A stretch of DNA of 64,000 nucleotides from Pseudomonadota bacterium (lineage in GTDB: Bacteria > Pseudomonadota > Alphaproteobacteria > Rhodobacterales > Rhodobacteraceae): positions 27,102 through 91,101 of the forward strand of contig JBCCDG010000004.1 in assembly GCA_039030915.1 (NCBI GenBank). The letters run 5' to 3'. Below, piece after piece: positions 28,361-38,209 of the stretch. The position numbers and the translations under genes are program-made. Positions within the stretch are counted from its first letter, which is position 1. Each line of letters begins with the position of its first letter. The notes beneath the pieces were generated by a model. It was given only the letters and a program-made list of their open reading frames with translations, had not been told where the DNA came from and ran no database searches.

Positions 28361-29092
28361 TCACCGGCGCGCGACCGGGTCGAACCGCACGCCGCCGAAG
28401 CTCTGCTCGAGGGGCTGGAGTTCGATGAGCGATACATTGACGTTTGGCGGTGCCGTCAGCGCAAAGTGCACGGCCTCCGCAATGTCTCGTGGGCGCAGCT
28501 CCTCGATGCCCGTCTCCTTCAGCGCCGCGCGACGGGACGGGTCGGTCACCGAAGCATCGTAGAACTCGGTCGAGACGCGGCCCGGATTGATTTCCGTGAC
28601 ACGCACGCCGGTGCCGCGAAGCTCGATGCGGAGGTTCATGCTCATGAGATGCACCGCGCCCTTGGAGGCGCCGTAAATCGCGGAGTTGATAGGGTAGAGC
28701 CCGGCGACCGAGCCCATGTTGACCACGTGCCCCCGCCCTTTCGCGATCATCGCCGGCAGGGCGAGCCGGGTCATCTGGAGCGCGCCGGTCACGTTCGTCT
28801 CGATGGTCTGGGCCACGGCCGCCGCCGGCGCGTCCACCAGCCCGTCGATCCCGGCGCCGAGGCCGGCATTGTTGACCAGCGCACCCGCCCCGATCTCCGG
28901 CACCAGCCCCGCGAGCGCGTCCGTGTCCCGCACATCCGCGGCATGAACCGAGCATCCCGTCTCTGCCGCCAGCGCCTCCAGCCGCTCCGCCCTGCGCGCC
29001 ATCGCATGCACGGTCCAGCCCGCGCCGGCCATCCGACGCACGATGGCCGCGCCGATGCCGGAGGAAGCGCCCGTGACCAGGACCGACTGCAC
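28361..29092 (-). CDS. Short-chain dehydrogenase/reductase (YdfG-like)
   Basis: TGASSGIG, VNNAG, GSVAG, YGASK catalytic motif. Confidence 0.92.
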   Translation of the reverse strand: MQSVLVTGASSGIGAAIVRRMAGAGWTVHAMARRAERLEALAAETGCSVHAADVRDTDALAGLVPEIGAGALVNNAGLGAGIDGLVDAPAAAVAQTIETNVTGALQMTRLALPAMIAKGRGHVVNMGSVAGLYPINSAIYGASKGAVHLMSMNLRIELRGTGVRVTEINPGRVSTEFYDASVTDPSRRAALKETGIEELRPRDIAEAVHFALTAPPNVNVSLIELQPLEQSFGGVRFDPVARR

Positions 29093-29103
29093 CGGGCCGC
29101 CGC

Positions 29104-30036
29104 TCAGGGCCAGGTGGCGACGGGCGGCAGGCTCATCAGCACCGCCTCGGGGTTGTGCCCGGTCTCGAGGCCGAACTTCGTGCCCCGGTCGTAGACCAGA
29201 TTGAACTCCGCATAGCGTCCCCGTCGGAAGAGCTGATGGGCGCGCTCGTCATCTGTCCACGCCTCATCCCGCCGTTTCTCGACGATGGGCACGAAAGCGT
29301 CGATGAAGGCGCGGCCGACGTCCTGGGTAAAGGCGAAATCCGCTGCCCAGTCCCCGCTGCAATGGTCGTCATAGAAGATGCCGCCCACGCCGCGCGCCTC
29401 GTTCCAGTGGCGGATCATGAAGTAGTCGTCCGCCCAGGCCTTGTAGCGCGCATAGTAGTCGTCCCCGTGAGGCGCGCAGGCGCGCTCGAGCACGCCATGG
29501 AAGAAAGCCGTGTCCTCCTCCACCGCGACCATCGGGTTGAGATCCGTGCCCCCGCCGAACCACCAGCAATGCGGCGTCCAGAACATGCGCGTGTTCATAT
29601 GGACGGCGGGCACACAGGGGCTGTTCATATGGGCAACGAGGCTGATGCCCGAGGCCCAGAAGCGCGGGTCGTCGGCGAGGCCGGGCAGTTCCTTGCGGGC
29701 GCTGAGGCTGCGCTGCGCCTGTGCGCCGAGGGTGCCGTACACCTCCGAGACGTTCACCCCGACCTTCTCGAAGACCCGGCCGCCGCGCATGACGCTCATG
29801 ACGCCGCCGCCCTGATCGCCCTCGCCTTCGCCCGCGCGCCGCGTCTCCTTGCGCTCGAAGCGGCCGGCCGGCAGCGACGCGTGCGGGCCGCTCGTCTGCT
29901 CGTCCTCCAGCGTCTCGAAGGCCGTGCAGATCATATCGCGAAGCTCGACGAACCAGGCGGCGGCCGCCGCCCGTTCCTGCTGCATCTCCCCGCCGCCAGC
30001 TCCGGCACCGGCCCCGCTGCCCGCTCCGTCCATCAT
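29104..30036 (-). CDS. hemF: Oxygen-dependent coproporphyrinogen III oxidase
   Basis: GRVFEKVGVN, PAVHMNTR, WWFGGGTDLNP, RGVGGIFYD, RRGRYAEFNLVYDRGTKFGL. Start uncertain, between 30042 and 29985. Confidence 0.97.
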   Translation of the reverse strand: MMDGAGSGAGAGAGGGEMQQERAAAAAWFVELRDMICTAFETLEDEQTSGPHASLPAGRFERKETRRAGEGEGDQGGGVMSVMRGGRVFEKVGVNVSEVYGTLGAQAQRSLSARKELPGLADDPRFWASGISLVAHMNSPCVPAVHMNTRMFWTPHCWWFGGGTDLNPMVAVEEDTAFFHGVLERACAPHGDDYYARYKAWADDYFMIRHWNEARGVGGIFYDDHCSGDWAADFAFTQDVGRAFIDAFVPIVEKRRDEAWTDDERAHQLFRRGRYAEFNLVYDRGTKFGLETGHNPEAVLMSLPPVATWP

Positions 30037-30405
30037 GCGCATCTCCTGCCGTCTATTTCGAAAAGTCCTATCGCCAAGCGGCAGCGGAGACAACGCAGCG
30101 GGCATCCGCCAGGCCGCTGGGCTCGCCTGGCACCATCCGGAACCCCCGATGCGGCGTCAGAGCAGTTGGGCCCGGTACGGAGTGCGCCAACCGGCAGCAG
30201 ACCGCGCAATGACGGTTGGTACGAATGCGCAACTTCGCTCAGACACGTCATGCGTGTGTCACTTCGCTATGGTATGGACTTCGCTGTACACCTTGCCGCC
30301 ACCGCCCTCGCCGGCCCGCACCCGACCATTGAACCTTCGGGCCGAGGTGCCATTTCCGAGGGACGGCAGCGCCCACCGCCTGTTGATCCGCTCGAGGAAG
30401 ATCCG

Positions 30406-32277
30406 ATGCCCGCCCGCCTGATCGCCGCTGCCCTCGGCCGTGTCGAACGTCTGATCGACCCCTATCAGGCGTATGACGAGCGTTCGGATTTCCCCGACAG
30501 GCTGATGCCGTTCATCCTCTATTTCCTCTGGCCCGCGCGCTGGGTGATCGCGGGCGGCATGGCGTTCGGATTCGTGACGGCATTGTCCGAAGCGGCGCTC
30601 GTCGGGCTCGCCGCGCATCTCATCGATATTCTCGCGACGGCGGATCCGGCGACGCTCTGGGATGAACACTGGCCGATGCTGGCTCTGATGTTCGTCGTCG
30701 GCGTCATCGTGCCTCCGGTCGCGATGGTCGGCTGGGCGGTGATCACGGGCCAGGGCTTCTTCCCGTCCATGGGCGCCCTCATCCGCTGGCGCACACACCG
30801 CAAGATGCTGCGACAGTCCATGGGCTTTTTCGCGGACGACTTTGCCGGGCGTATCGCCAACAAGCAGATCCAGCTCGCCCCCGCAATCAACGACGCCGTG
30901 TTCCAGGTGACCGACGCCATGTGGTACGCGGTCGTCTTCACAATCGGCTCGGCCGTGGTGCTGGGCGGTGCGGACTGGCGGCTCCTGATCCCGCTTGGCC
31001 TCTGGTTCTTCAGCTTCGTCGCCCTTGCCGCATGGTTCGTCCCCCGCATCACGGCGGCAGGCAAGGACGTGGCGGAGGCGCGCTCGCTCCTCGCGGGCCG
31101 GATCGTCGACGCCTACACCAACATCCAGACCGTCAAGCTCTTCGCCCATGCCGAGCGGGAGGACGGCTATGCGCGCGAAGCGATGGACGACTTCCGCTGG
31201 ACCTTTGCGCGGCAGACCCGGCTCTACACCTACCTCCAGGCGGGCATGGCAGCGCTCCACCTCATGCTCTACGGCGGCGTGGTCGGCTATGCCGTCTATC
31301 TGTGGACGCTGGGGGCGACGACGCCGGGGACGGTGGCGGCAGCCGTCGCCATCGCGCTTCGGATGTCCGGCCTTGTTGACTGGATCATGCAGACCGTCTC
31401 CACCCTCTTCCAGAACGTGGGCACGGTGCAGGAGGGCATGGAAACGATCTCGCGGCCTCTCCAGATGCCCGACGCCGAAGATGCGCAGCCGCTCCGCCTG
31501 ACTGAGGGGGCGATCACCTTCGATGGGGTGCATCACCATTACGGCCGCGGCTCTGGCGGCGTGCGGGGCATCGATCTTGCGATCAAGGGCGGCGAGCGCG
31601 TGGGCCTCGTCGGCCGTTCGGGCGCGGGCAAGTCGACGCTGGTGAACCTCGCGCTGCGGTTCTTCGACCCGGAGGCGGGGCGCGTGCTGATCGACGGACA
31701 GGATCTGCGAGGCCTCAAGCAGGAAAGCCTGCGCGCCCATATCGCTATGGTCACTCAGGATACCGCGCTTCTCCATCGCTCGATCCGCGACAATATCCGC
31801 TACGGCAAGCCAGAGGCGACGGACGAGGAGATCATGTCCGCCGTGCGCAAGGTCGCCGCCACCGACTTCATCGGCGATCTCAACGACGCCGACGGGCGGC
31901 GCGGGCTCGAGGCGCATGTGGGCGAGCGTGGGGTCAAGCTCTCGGGCGGCCAGCGCCAGCGCATCGCGCTCGCACGCGCGGTGCTCAAGGATGCGCCGAT
32001 CCTGATCCTCGACGAGGCGACCTCGGCCCTCGATTCCGAGGTCGAGGCCGCGATCCAGGAGAGCCTCGAGGAGCTGATGCAGGGCCGGACGGTGATCGCG
32101 ATCGCGCACCGTCTCAGCACCATCCAGGCCATGGACCGGATCGTTGTGCTCGATCAGGGCCGGGTGGTGGAGGACGGCAGCCATGCAGCGTTGCTGGAGG
32201 CGGACGGGCTCTATGCCCGCCTATGGGCCCGTCAGTCCGGCGGTTTCATCGACAGCCGGGCCGAGACCGTCGCGTAA
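30406..32277 (+). CDS. ABC exporter, fused permease + ATP-binding domain (MdlB/MsbA-like)
   Basis: TM domain with FFADDFAGRIA; GRSGAGKST, LSGGQRQR, ILILDEATSALD, IAHRLST. ATG at 30406 follows GAGGA. Confidence 0.93.
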   Translation: MPARLIAAALGRVERLIDPYQAYDERSDFPDRLMPFILYFLWPARWVIAGGMAFGFVTALSEAALVGLAAHLIDILATADPATLWDEHWPMLALMFVVGVIVPPVAMVGWAVITGQGFFPSMGALIRWRTHRKMLRQSMGFFADDFAGRIANKQIQLAPAINDAVFQVTDAMWYAVVFTIGSAVVLGGADWRLLIPLGLWFFSFVALAAWFVPRITAAGKDVAEARSLLAGRIVDAYTNIQTVKLFAHAEREDGYAREAMDDFRWTFARQTRLYTYLQAGMAALHLMLYGGVVGYAVYLWTLGATTPGTVAAAVAIALRMSGLVDWIMQTVSTLFQNVGTVQEGMETISRPLQMPDAEDAQPLRLTEGAITFDGVHHHYGRGSGGVRGIDLAIKGGERVGLVGRSGAGKSTLVNLALRFFDPEAGRVLIDGQDLRGLKQESLRAHIAMVTQDTALLHRSIRDNIRYGKPEATDEEIMSAVRKVAATDFIGDLNDADGRRGLEAHVGERGVKLSGGQRQRIALARAVLKDAPILILDEATSALDSEVEAAIQESLEELMQGRTVIAIAHRLSTIQAMDRIVVLDQGRVVEDGSHAALLEADGLYARLWARQSGGFIDSRAETVA

Positions 32278-32370
32278 TACAGCATCCGCCGGCGCATCCT
32301 TCGCCGCGTGGCGCACTATATCGGGAAAGACCGCGACGCCTGGCGCGCGGAAAACCGGCCGGACAGATCC

Positions 32371-34221
32371 ATGACCCGTTTCTTCGAGACCCTTTTCGAC
32401 CCCTTCGCCGAGGCAGACGGTCCGCCGCCGCAGCGCGCCTGGCCATTCTACCGGTGGCTGATGCAAGGCTCGGAGCGGGCGGTCTGGCTCTTTGCCGCCG
32501 TCTCCATGGCGCTCGGCGCGGCGGAAGCGCTCGGCGCCTTTCTTGTCGGCTACGCCATCGACCTCGCGCGTGTGGCGGAGGCCTCGGGCGGCTCGGAAGG
32601 CTTCTTCGCGGCAAACTGGGTCATGCTCGCGCTTATCGGCGCCTTCCTCGTGATCCTCCGCCCGGCGCTCATGTCCGTGAACTCGGCCGTCTCCGCGATC
32701 TCCGTGGCGCCCGGACTGGCGCACCTCTCACTCTGGCGGCTGCACCGGCACACGCTCGGCCAGGCGGTGAGCTATTTCCAGGACGATTTCGCGGGGCGCA
32801 TCAGCCAAAAGGAGCTACAGACCTCGAACGCCGTGGCGCAGGGCACGAACGAGTTTCTGAACGCCATCGCATACGGGCTTTCAGCCATCGTGGGCGCGCT
32901 CATCGTGCTTGGGGCAGCCTCCGTCTGGCTGGCTGCCGTCCTCGTCGCATGGTTCGCCATCTACATCCTGCTGGTACGCCACTACCTGCCCGAGATCAGG
33001 GCGCGGAGCCGGGCGCGCGCCGATGCACGCTCTGGCCTCTCGGGCACGCTGGTCGACCAGATCGGCCATATCGAGACGGTCAAGCTCTTCGCCCATACGG
33101 GTCGAGAGGAGGAGCGGGCCCAGGAGGCGATCGCGCGGTATCGCAGGGCGGGGCTCGATTTCGGCGGCACCGTCTGGCGTTTCCGCAGCCTCCTCGCATT
33201 TCTTTCGGGCGTTCTGCCGGCAGCGCTCCTCGGCATGGGCTTCTGGCTCTGGAGCGCGGGCACGGCCTCGCTGGGCGACGTCGCGGCGGCGGGGCTTCTC
33301 GCCATGCGTCTCAGCCACATGTCGGGGTGGATCAGCTTCGTCGCGATGACGATCTTCACCGAGATCGGCGTGCTCGAGGACGGCATGCGCACGCTTTCGC
33401 CTCATCACACGCTGACCGACGCCCCCGATGCCGAGCCGCCGGCAAGCCGTGCGCGCGGCGCCATCGCCTATGAGCGGGCGACCTTCAAGTACGGCCGGCG
33501 CAAGGGCGGGGGGCTCAACGGCATCGACCTCAAGATCGCCCCGGGCGAGAAGGTCGCGCTGGTCGGCCCCTCCGGTGCGGGCAAGTCCACCGCAGTGGCA
33601 GCCCTTCTTCGTCTCCACGATCTGGAGGAAGGACGGATCACGCTCGACGGGCATGACCTGCGCGAGATGCCGCAGGAGTGGCTGCGCCGTCAGGTGGCGG
33701 TGGTCACGCAGGAGCCCGCGCTCTTCAACCGTTCGGCGCGGGACAACATTCTCTACGGCAATCCCGATGCGGGCGAGGCCGCGATGATGGAGGCGGCACG
33801 ACGGGCCGAGGCGCACGAGTTTATCCAGGATATCCGGGACCCGCGCGGCCGCGAAGGCTATGACGCACATCTGGGCGAGAACGGCGTCAAGCTGTCGGGC
33901 GGGCAGCGCCAAAGGATCGCGATAGCCCGCGCCGTTCTGAAAGACGCACCCATACTGGTGCTCGACGAAGCGACCTCGGCATTGGACTCGGAGGTCGAAG
34001 CGGAGATCCAAGCGGCGCTCGAGGGCGTGATGAAGGGCCGCAGCGTGCTCGCCATCGCCCACAGGCTTAGCACCGTGCAAGCGATGGATCGCATCGTTGT
34101 GCTGGACAAGGGCCTCGTCTGCGAGGAGGGCAGCCATATGGAGCTTCTGGAACGAGATGGCCTCTACGCGCGCTTGTGGACGCGTCAGAGCGGCGGTTTC
34201 CTTGCCGAAGCGGCAGAATAG
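32371..34221 (+). CDS. ABC exporter, fused permease + ATP-binding domain (paralog of the upstream gene)
   Basis: YFQDDFAGRIS; GPSGAGKST, LSGGQRQR, ILVLDEATSALD, IAHRLST. Confidence 0.93.
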   Translation: MTRFFETLFDPFAEADGPPPQRAWPFYRWLMQGSERAVWLFAAVSMALGAAEALGAFLVGYAIDLARVAEASGGSEGFFAANWVMLALIGAFLVILRPALMSVNSAVSAISVAPGLAHLSLWRLHRHTLGQAVSYFQDDFAGRISQKELQTSNAVAQGTNEFLNAIAYGLSAIVGALIVLGAASVWLAAVLVAWFAIYILLVRHYLPEIRARSRARADARSGLSGTLVDQIGHIETVKLFAHTGREEERAQEAIARYRRAGLDFGGTVWRFRSLLAFLSGVLPAALLGMGFWLWSAGTASLGDVAAAGLLAMRLSHMSGWISFVAMTIFTEIGVLEDGMRTLSPHHTLTDAPDAEPPASRARGAIAYERATFKYGRRKGGGLNGIDLKIAPGEKVALVGPSGAGKSTAVAALLRLHDLEEGRITLDGHDLREMPQEWLRRQVAVVTQEPALFNRSARDNILYGNPDAGEAAMMEAARRAEAHEFIQDIRDPRGREGYDAHLGENGVKLSGGQRQRIAIARAVLKDAPILVLDEATSALDSEVEAEIQAALEGVMKGRSVLAIAHRLSTVQAMDRIVVLDKGLVCEEGSHMELLERDGLYARLWTRQSGGFLAEAAE

Positions 34222-34232
34222 CGCGCCGCATG

Positions 34233-34280
34233 CGTTCCCCCGCGCCGCGCGCCAACCGTTCCCCTGCGCCGCGCGCCAAC
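34233..34280. repeat. 24-bp tandem duplication
   Basis: cgttcccccgcgccgcgcgccaac followed directly by cgttcccctgcgccgcgcgccaac (1 mismatch). Confidence 0.8.
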
Positions 34281-34473
34281 TCGCTCATCTGCAGAGAAAT
34301 GGCATAGAACAGCGGCCCGAAAGGCCCGCTGCACACGCCCGCGCAGGACACCGTCCGCCAGATTAGCGCTCACGCCGATCTCCGGAGGCGGTCTCCGACC
34401 ATCGAAGGATCGGCGCGATGCCCCGGCTCTCAGGCCGGGATATCGCGGCGATGCAAGTTGCCAATATCCTAAA

Positions 34474-34650
34474 TCAGATGCCGATGCCGGCATCCTTACG
34501 CTCTGTGTGCTTCTGATAGACCTTCGGAATCTCACCGGGGTTCTTGTCGTGCTCGTTCAGCTTCCGGGTCCGATACCAGTTCCAGATCGCGTATAGCAGA
34601 CCGCCGCCAAGAGTGAACAGGATGAGAGTGATGACAAGGTTCTCGACCAT
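34474..34650 (-). CDS. Small single-pass membrane protein (58 aa; not in the ORF track)
   Basis: Manual translation MVENLVITLILFTLGGGLLYAIWNWYRTRKLNEHDKNPGEIPKVYQKHTERKDAGIGI*; GGAG RBS 6 nt upstream; N-terminal TM helix followed by a basic stretch. Confidence 0.7.
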   Translation of the reverse strand: MVENLVITLILFTLGGGLLYAIWNWYRTRKLNEHDKNPGEIPKVYQKHTERKDAGIGI

Positions 34651-34679
34651 GTTTTGCTCCGTTGTTGCTCCACATTCTC

Positions 34680-34704
34680 AACGGGCGAACAGAAGAAGCG
34701 TTCA
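34680..34704 (-). promoter_or_regulatory. EcfG-like promoter of the small membrane protein gene
   Basis: Minus strand reads TGAAC-gcttcttctgttcgcc-CGTT (N16 spacer, 1 mismatch to GGAAC-N16-CGTT), 29 bp before the ATG. Confidence 0.5.
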
Positions 34705-34772
34705 AAAATCATGCTGCGACAAGTCGTCCGCCAAATAGTATCAGCAGCAATACTTCCACCCTGCGGAACTGC

Positions 34773-36095
34773 TCACCGCGCCATCTGGTCCGGCAGCCAG
34801 GTCGCGATGCCCGGGAACGCGGTGATGAGCACGACACCGAGCACGAGCAGGAGGAAGAACGGCGCCGCATGGCCCGCGATGCGCAGGATGTTCTCGCCGG
34901 TCATTCCCTGAAGCACGAAGAGGTTGAAACCCACGGGCGGCGTGATCTGGCTCATTTCGACGACGAGCACGAGGAAGATGCCGAACCAAATGCGGTCGAT
35001 CCCCACCGCCTCAACCATCGGCACGATCACGGCGGTGGTCAGCACCACGACCGAAATGCCGTCGAGAAAGCATCCGAGGATGATGAAGAACAGCGTCAGC
35101 GCGACGAGCAGCCCGGTGGAGGAAAGGCCGAGATCGCCAATCCACTCCGCCAGCACGCGCGGGATCCCGGTGAAGCCCATGGCGACCGTCAAGAACGCGG
35201 CCCCGGCCAGGATCAGCGCAATCATGCAGGAGGTGCGCGTCGCCGCCATCAGGCTCTCGGTGAAAACCTTCCACGAAAGCTCGCCGTTCCACCAGACGAG
35301 CACGAAGGAGAGGAGCACGCCGACGGCGGCCGCATCGGTCGGCGAGGCGAGCCCGGCATAGATCGAGCCGATGACGCCCGCGATCAGCAGCACGACGGGA
35401 ATGAGTGTCCGCGACCGTTCAAGTTTCTCCAGGAACGGCAGCTCCTTGTCCTGCAGCGCAGGCATGCGGCTGCGGTTGAGGAGCGCCCAGATCATCACAT
35501 AGCCCATGAAGAGCGTGAGCATCATGACCCCCGGCCCGACGCCTGCGAGGAAGAGCCGCGCGATGCTTTCCTCAATGGCGACGCCGTAGACGATCAGGAT
35601 GATCGAGGGCGGGATCAGGAGGCCGAGCGTGCCCGAGCCGGCAAGGGTCCCGATCACCAGCGGCCGGTCGTAGCCGCGCTTCTCGAGCTCCGGCATCGAC
35701 ATCTTGCCGACCGTGGCGCAGGTGGCGGCCGAAGAGCCCGAGACGGCCGCGAAGATACCGCAACCGAGGATGTTCACGTGCAGGAGCGAGCCGGGCAGCC
35801 TGCCGAGCCAGGGCGCGAGGCCGGTGAAAAGGTCGGAGGAAAGGCGCGATCTGAAGAGGATTTCCCCCATCCAGATGAAGAGCGGCAGCGCCGCCAGTGC
35901 CCACGAGTTGGAGGCGCCCCAGACCGTTGAGGCCAGCGTCTGCCCGATGGTGCCGAACCCGGTGAAAAGCGCCTTGTCGGTGAAGAGCAGAAAGGCCGTC
36001 GCGCCCGCGGCGAAGAGCGAGAGCGCGACCCAAACGCCCGAGCCGAGAAAGAAGAAGAGCGCGACGACGAGGACGATGCCGGCGAGGACCTCCAT
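34773..36095 (-). CDS. TRAP transporter large permease (DctM family)
   Basis: ALPLFIWMGEIL, FAAVSGSSAAT, GTLGLLIPPSI, ITPPVGFNLFV. Confidence 0.96.
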   Translation of the reverse strand: MEVLAGIVLVVALFFFLGSGVWVALSLFAAGATAFLLFTDKALFTGFGTIGQTLASTVWGASNSWALAALPLFIWMGEILFRSRLSSDLFTGLAPWLGRLPGSLLHVNILGCGIFAAVSGSSAATCATVGKMSMPELEKRGYDRPLVIGTLAGSGTLGLLIPPSIILIVYGVAIEESIARLFLAGVGPGVMMLTLFMGYVMIWALLNRSRMPALQDKELPFLEKLERSRTLIPVVLLIAGVIGSIYAGLASPTDAAAVGVLLSFVLVWWNGELSWKVFTESLMAATRTSCMIALILAGAAFLTVAMGFTGIPRVLAEWIGDLGLSSTGLLVALTLFFIILGCFLDGISVVVLTTAVIVPMVEAVGIDRIWFGIFLVLVVEMSQITPPVGFNLFVLQGMTGENILRIAGHAAPFFLLLVLGVVLITAFPGIATWLPDQMAR

Positions 36096-36098
36096 GGC

Positions 36099-36653
36099 TC
36101 AGAACTCCCCCGGCTGGTCTGCCTCGGCGATGAAGTCGCCCTTGATCGCGGAGGCACAGGCATCGATGAGCGCGACCGTGAAGATCGTGAGGCCGAGCGC
36201 CATGCCCGCCTGCGGGATCCAGATCGCAACGGGGATGAGCCCCGGCGATACATCGTTGAAGCGCCAGCTCTCCTCGACCAGCATCCACATCCAGCCCGTA
36301 AAGTAGACGGCAAGGATGGCGGCGACGCCCGTCGACCAGACCTCCGCCACCTGCCGCGTCTTCGGACCCATCCGCTGCAGGATCAGCCCGACACGGATAT
36401 GCGCACCCCTCCGCAAGGTGTGGGCCGCGGCGAGGAATGAGCTCGTCGCCAGGAAGTAGCCCGTGAATTCTGCGTATGACGGCAGCACGAGGCCCACCGC
36501 CTCGGCGCCGAAGAGCATGGCGAGGCTGTCGAGCAGGTTAAAGGCGACCTGGACCAGCACGGTGAGCGCGATGAGCGCGAGAAAGGCCGCCGCGGCCACG
36601 CCGGCGGCATCGTAGAGGCGGTCGAGAGCGTCGCGCATCGGCTTCTCCGGCAT
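36099..36653 (-). CDS. TRAP transporter small permease (DctQ family)
   Basis: 4 TM segments, FLAAAHTLRRGAHIRV, WIPQ; lies between the substrate-binding and DctM genes. Confidence 0.93.
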   Translation of the reverse strand: MPEKPMRDALDRLYDAAGVAAAAFLALIALTVLVQVAFNLLDSLAMLFGAEAVGLVLPSYAEFTGYFLATSSFLAAAHTLRRGAHIRVGLILQRMGPKTRQVAEVWSTGVAAILAVYFTGWMWMLVEESWRFNDVSPGLIPVAIWIPQAGMALGLTIFTVALIDACASAIKGDFIAEADQPGEF

Positions 36654-36722
36654 GATCGGCTGTGAGGGGAGGCTGAAGGGCGCGGTCGGCGCGGAAAACA
36701 GGCCCGCCGCGGGCGGGAAGTT

Positions 36723-36770
36723 GGGCGGGGCGGCGGCGGGACTGTCTCCCGCCCTCGACCGTCCCCGCCC
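36723..36770 (-). other. Intercistronic stem-loop after the TRAP substrate-binding gene
   Basis: Nested inverted repeats gggcgggg...ggcggga/tcccgcc...ccccgccc; probably a partial terminator or mRNA stabiliser. Confidence 0.45.
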
Positions 36771-36778
36771 GCGTCACG

Positions 36779-37747
36779 TCACTGCTTGAAGGCGTCGACG
36801 ACGGCTTGGCCCTCGTCCCCGGCCTTCTCCAGCCACTCGGCCGTCATGGTCGCGCCGACATCCTCAAGCTTGGCCTTGAGCGTGTCAGACGGATCGCTGA
36901 CCGTGATGCCGTTCTCGGCCAGCGCCGCGGTCTTGGTTTCCGTCTCTTCCATCGAAGCCGCCCAGCCGCGCTCCTGCGCCGCCGCAGCCGAAGCCATCAC
37001 CGCCTCGCGCGTCGCCTCGTCGAGACTGCGCATGGCACGGATGTTGGCGACCACGATGTTCTTGGGCAGCCAAGCTTTCACGTCGTAGTAATGGCTGAGA
37101 TAGTCCCAGGCCTTGGTGTTCGCGCCCGTCGAGGGCGAAGTGACCATCGCATCGACGCGACCCGTCGAGAACGCCTGCGCAAGATCGGGCACCTCCACCT
37201 GCGTCGGCACCGCATCGACCAGCTGAGCGAGCCGCTCGGTTGCCGTGTTGTAGGCGCGGAACTTGAGGCCCTTGAGCTCGTCCCCGCTCTCGACCGCGGT
37301 GTCGGCGTAGAGCCCCTGCGGCGGCCAGGGCACGGCGTAGAGCACCATCAGCCCCTCCTGCTCGAGCAGCGCCTCGACCTTCGGCCGGCTCACCTCCCAA
37401 AGCTTCTCCGCATCTTCGTAGGAGGTTGCGAGGAATGGCACGCTGTCGAGCTCGAACATCGGGTTCTCGTTCGAGAGCCGTGAGAGCAGGAATTCCCCGA
37501 TCGGCACCTGACCCGAACGCACGGCATTCTTGATCTCGGGATGCTTGAAGAGCGAGCCGGCCGGATGGACCGTGATCTGCACGTCGCCGCCAGTGGCCTC
37601 GGCCACGTCCTTCGCGAACTGCATGTGGTTCTGCGTGTGGAAGTTGTTGTCACCGTAGGGCACCGGCATGTCCCAGGTCTGGGCGAGCACAGGGCCGGCG
37701 GCCAGCGCGGCGATACCGCCTGCCAGCGCGAAAGCGCGAATTCTCAT
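36779..37747 (-). CDS. TRAP transporter substrate-binding protein (DctP family)
   Basis: Signal peptide after a GAGGAG RBS; WDMPVPY..NNFHT.N, VPWPPQGLY, LKGLKFRAY. Confidence 0.95.
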   Translation of the reverse strand: MRIRAFALAGGIAALAAGPVLAQTWDMPVPYGDNNFHTQNHMQFAKDVAEATGGDVQITVHPAGSLFKHPEIKNAVRSGQVPIGEFLLSRLSNENPMFELDSVPFLATSYEDAEKLWEVSRPKVEALLEQEGLMVLYAVPWPPQGLYADTAVESGDELKGLKFRAYNTATERLAQLVDAVPTQVEVPDLAQAFSTGRVDAMVTSPSTGANTKAWDYLSHYYDVKAWLPKNIVVANIRAMRSLDEATREAVMASAAAAQERGWAASMEETETKTAALAENGITVSDPSDTLKAKLEDVGATMTAEWLEKAGDEGQAVVDAFKQ

Positions 37748-38209
37748 GACGTTCTCCTCAAGCCTGTCGAAGGACGGCACTCGGCGGCCGTCTCTGCCCG
37801 ACCCTAGCCCATGGCGCTGCATCGCCAAGCGGAAAGTGGTGCCGGTTTCGGCACCGACGGTGAGAAAGCGCTCGAGATGAGCAGACGCCGCCGACCCGGA
37901 CGCGCCCATGCCCGCTCATGCATCCGACAACGCCAGGCCGGCACGATTCGCAGCGCTATCGTGAGCCCCCAGACCAAGCGGCCAGATATCCGGCAAGCAC
38001 CCATCGCGCCGACATGAACTCTCGATCCGTCCCTCCACCGTTCTCCCGAGTTGAACGGAAACGTCCGCAAGCAGCCTGAACGCGCAATATCATTGCCGCG
38101 ATGTGCAGAAAATCACTTGGAACTTCATTTCACGTAGCGTTAATTTCCCGTTGCGGCAGGCCTCTGGGGGGTGTGTCGAGAGGCGATGTGCACACAGGGA
38201 GTGACGGCC

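Noticed and set aside
29155-30405. Apparent 417-aa N-terminal extension of the ABC exporter (1040-aa ORF)
   Set aside because: The extension is the antisense of hemF plus intergenic DNA. The real start is the ATG at 30406 with an RBS, so this is not a novel fusion.
30406-34221. Tandem ABC exporters as the type I secretion system for the ELWxxDGT protein
   Set aside because: They are MdlB/MsbA-like, with no adjacent membrane fusion protein or TolC and no C39-like domain.
34233-34280. gttcccc(c/t)gcgcc... repeat that superficially resembles the start of a type I-E CRISPR repeat
   Set aside because: Only two directly abutting 24-bp copies, with no spacer, no palindromic second half and no cas genes. 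It is a simple tandem duplication.
38119-38141. GGAAC...CGTT upstream of the ELWxxDGT gene as an EcfG promoter
   Set aside because: The spacer is 14 nt rather than 16-17, so I did not call it.
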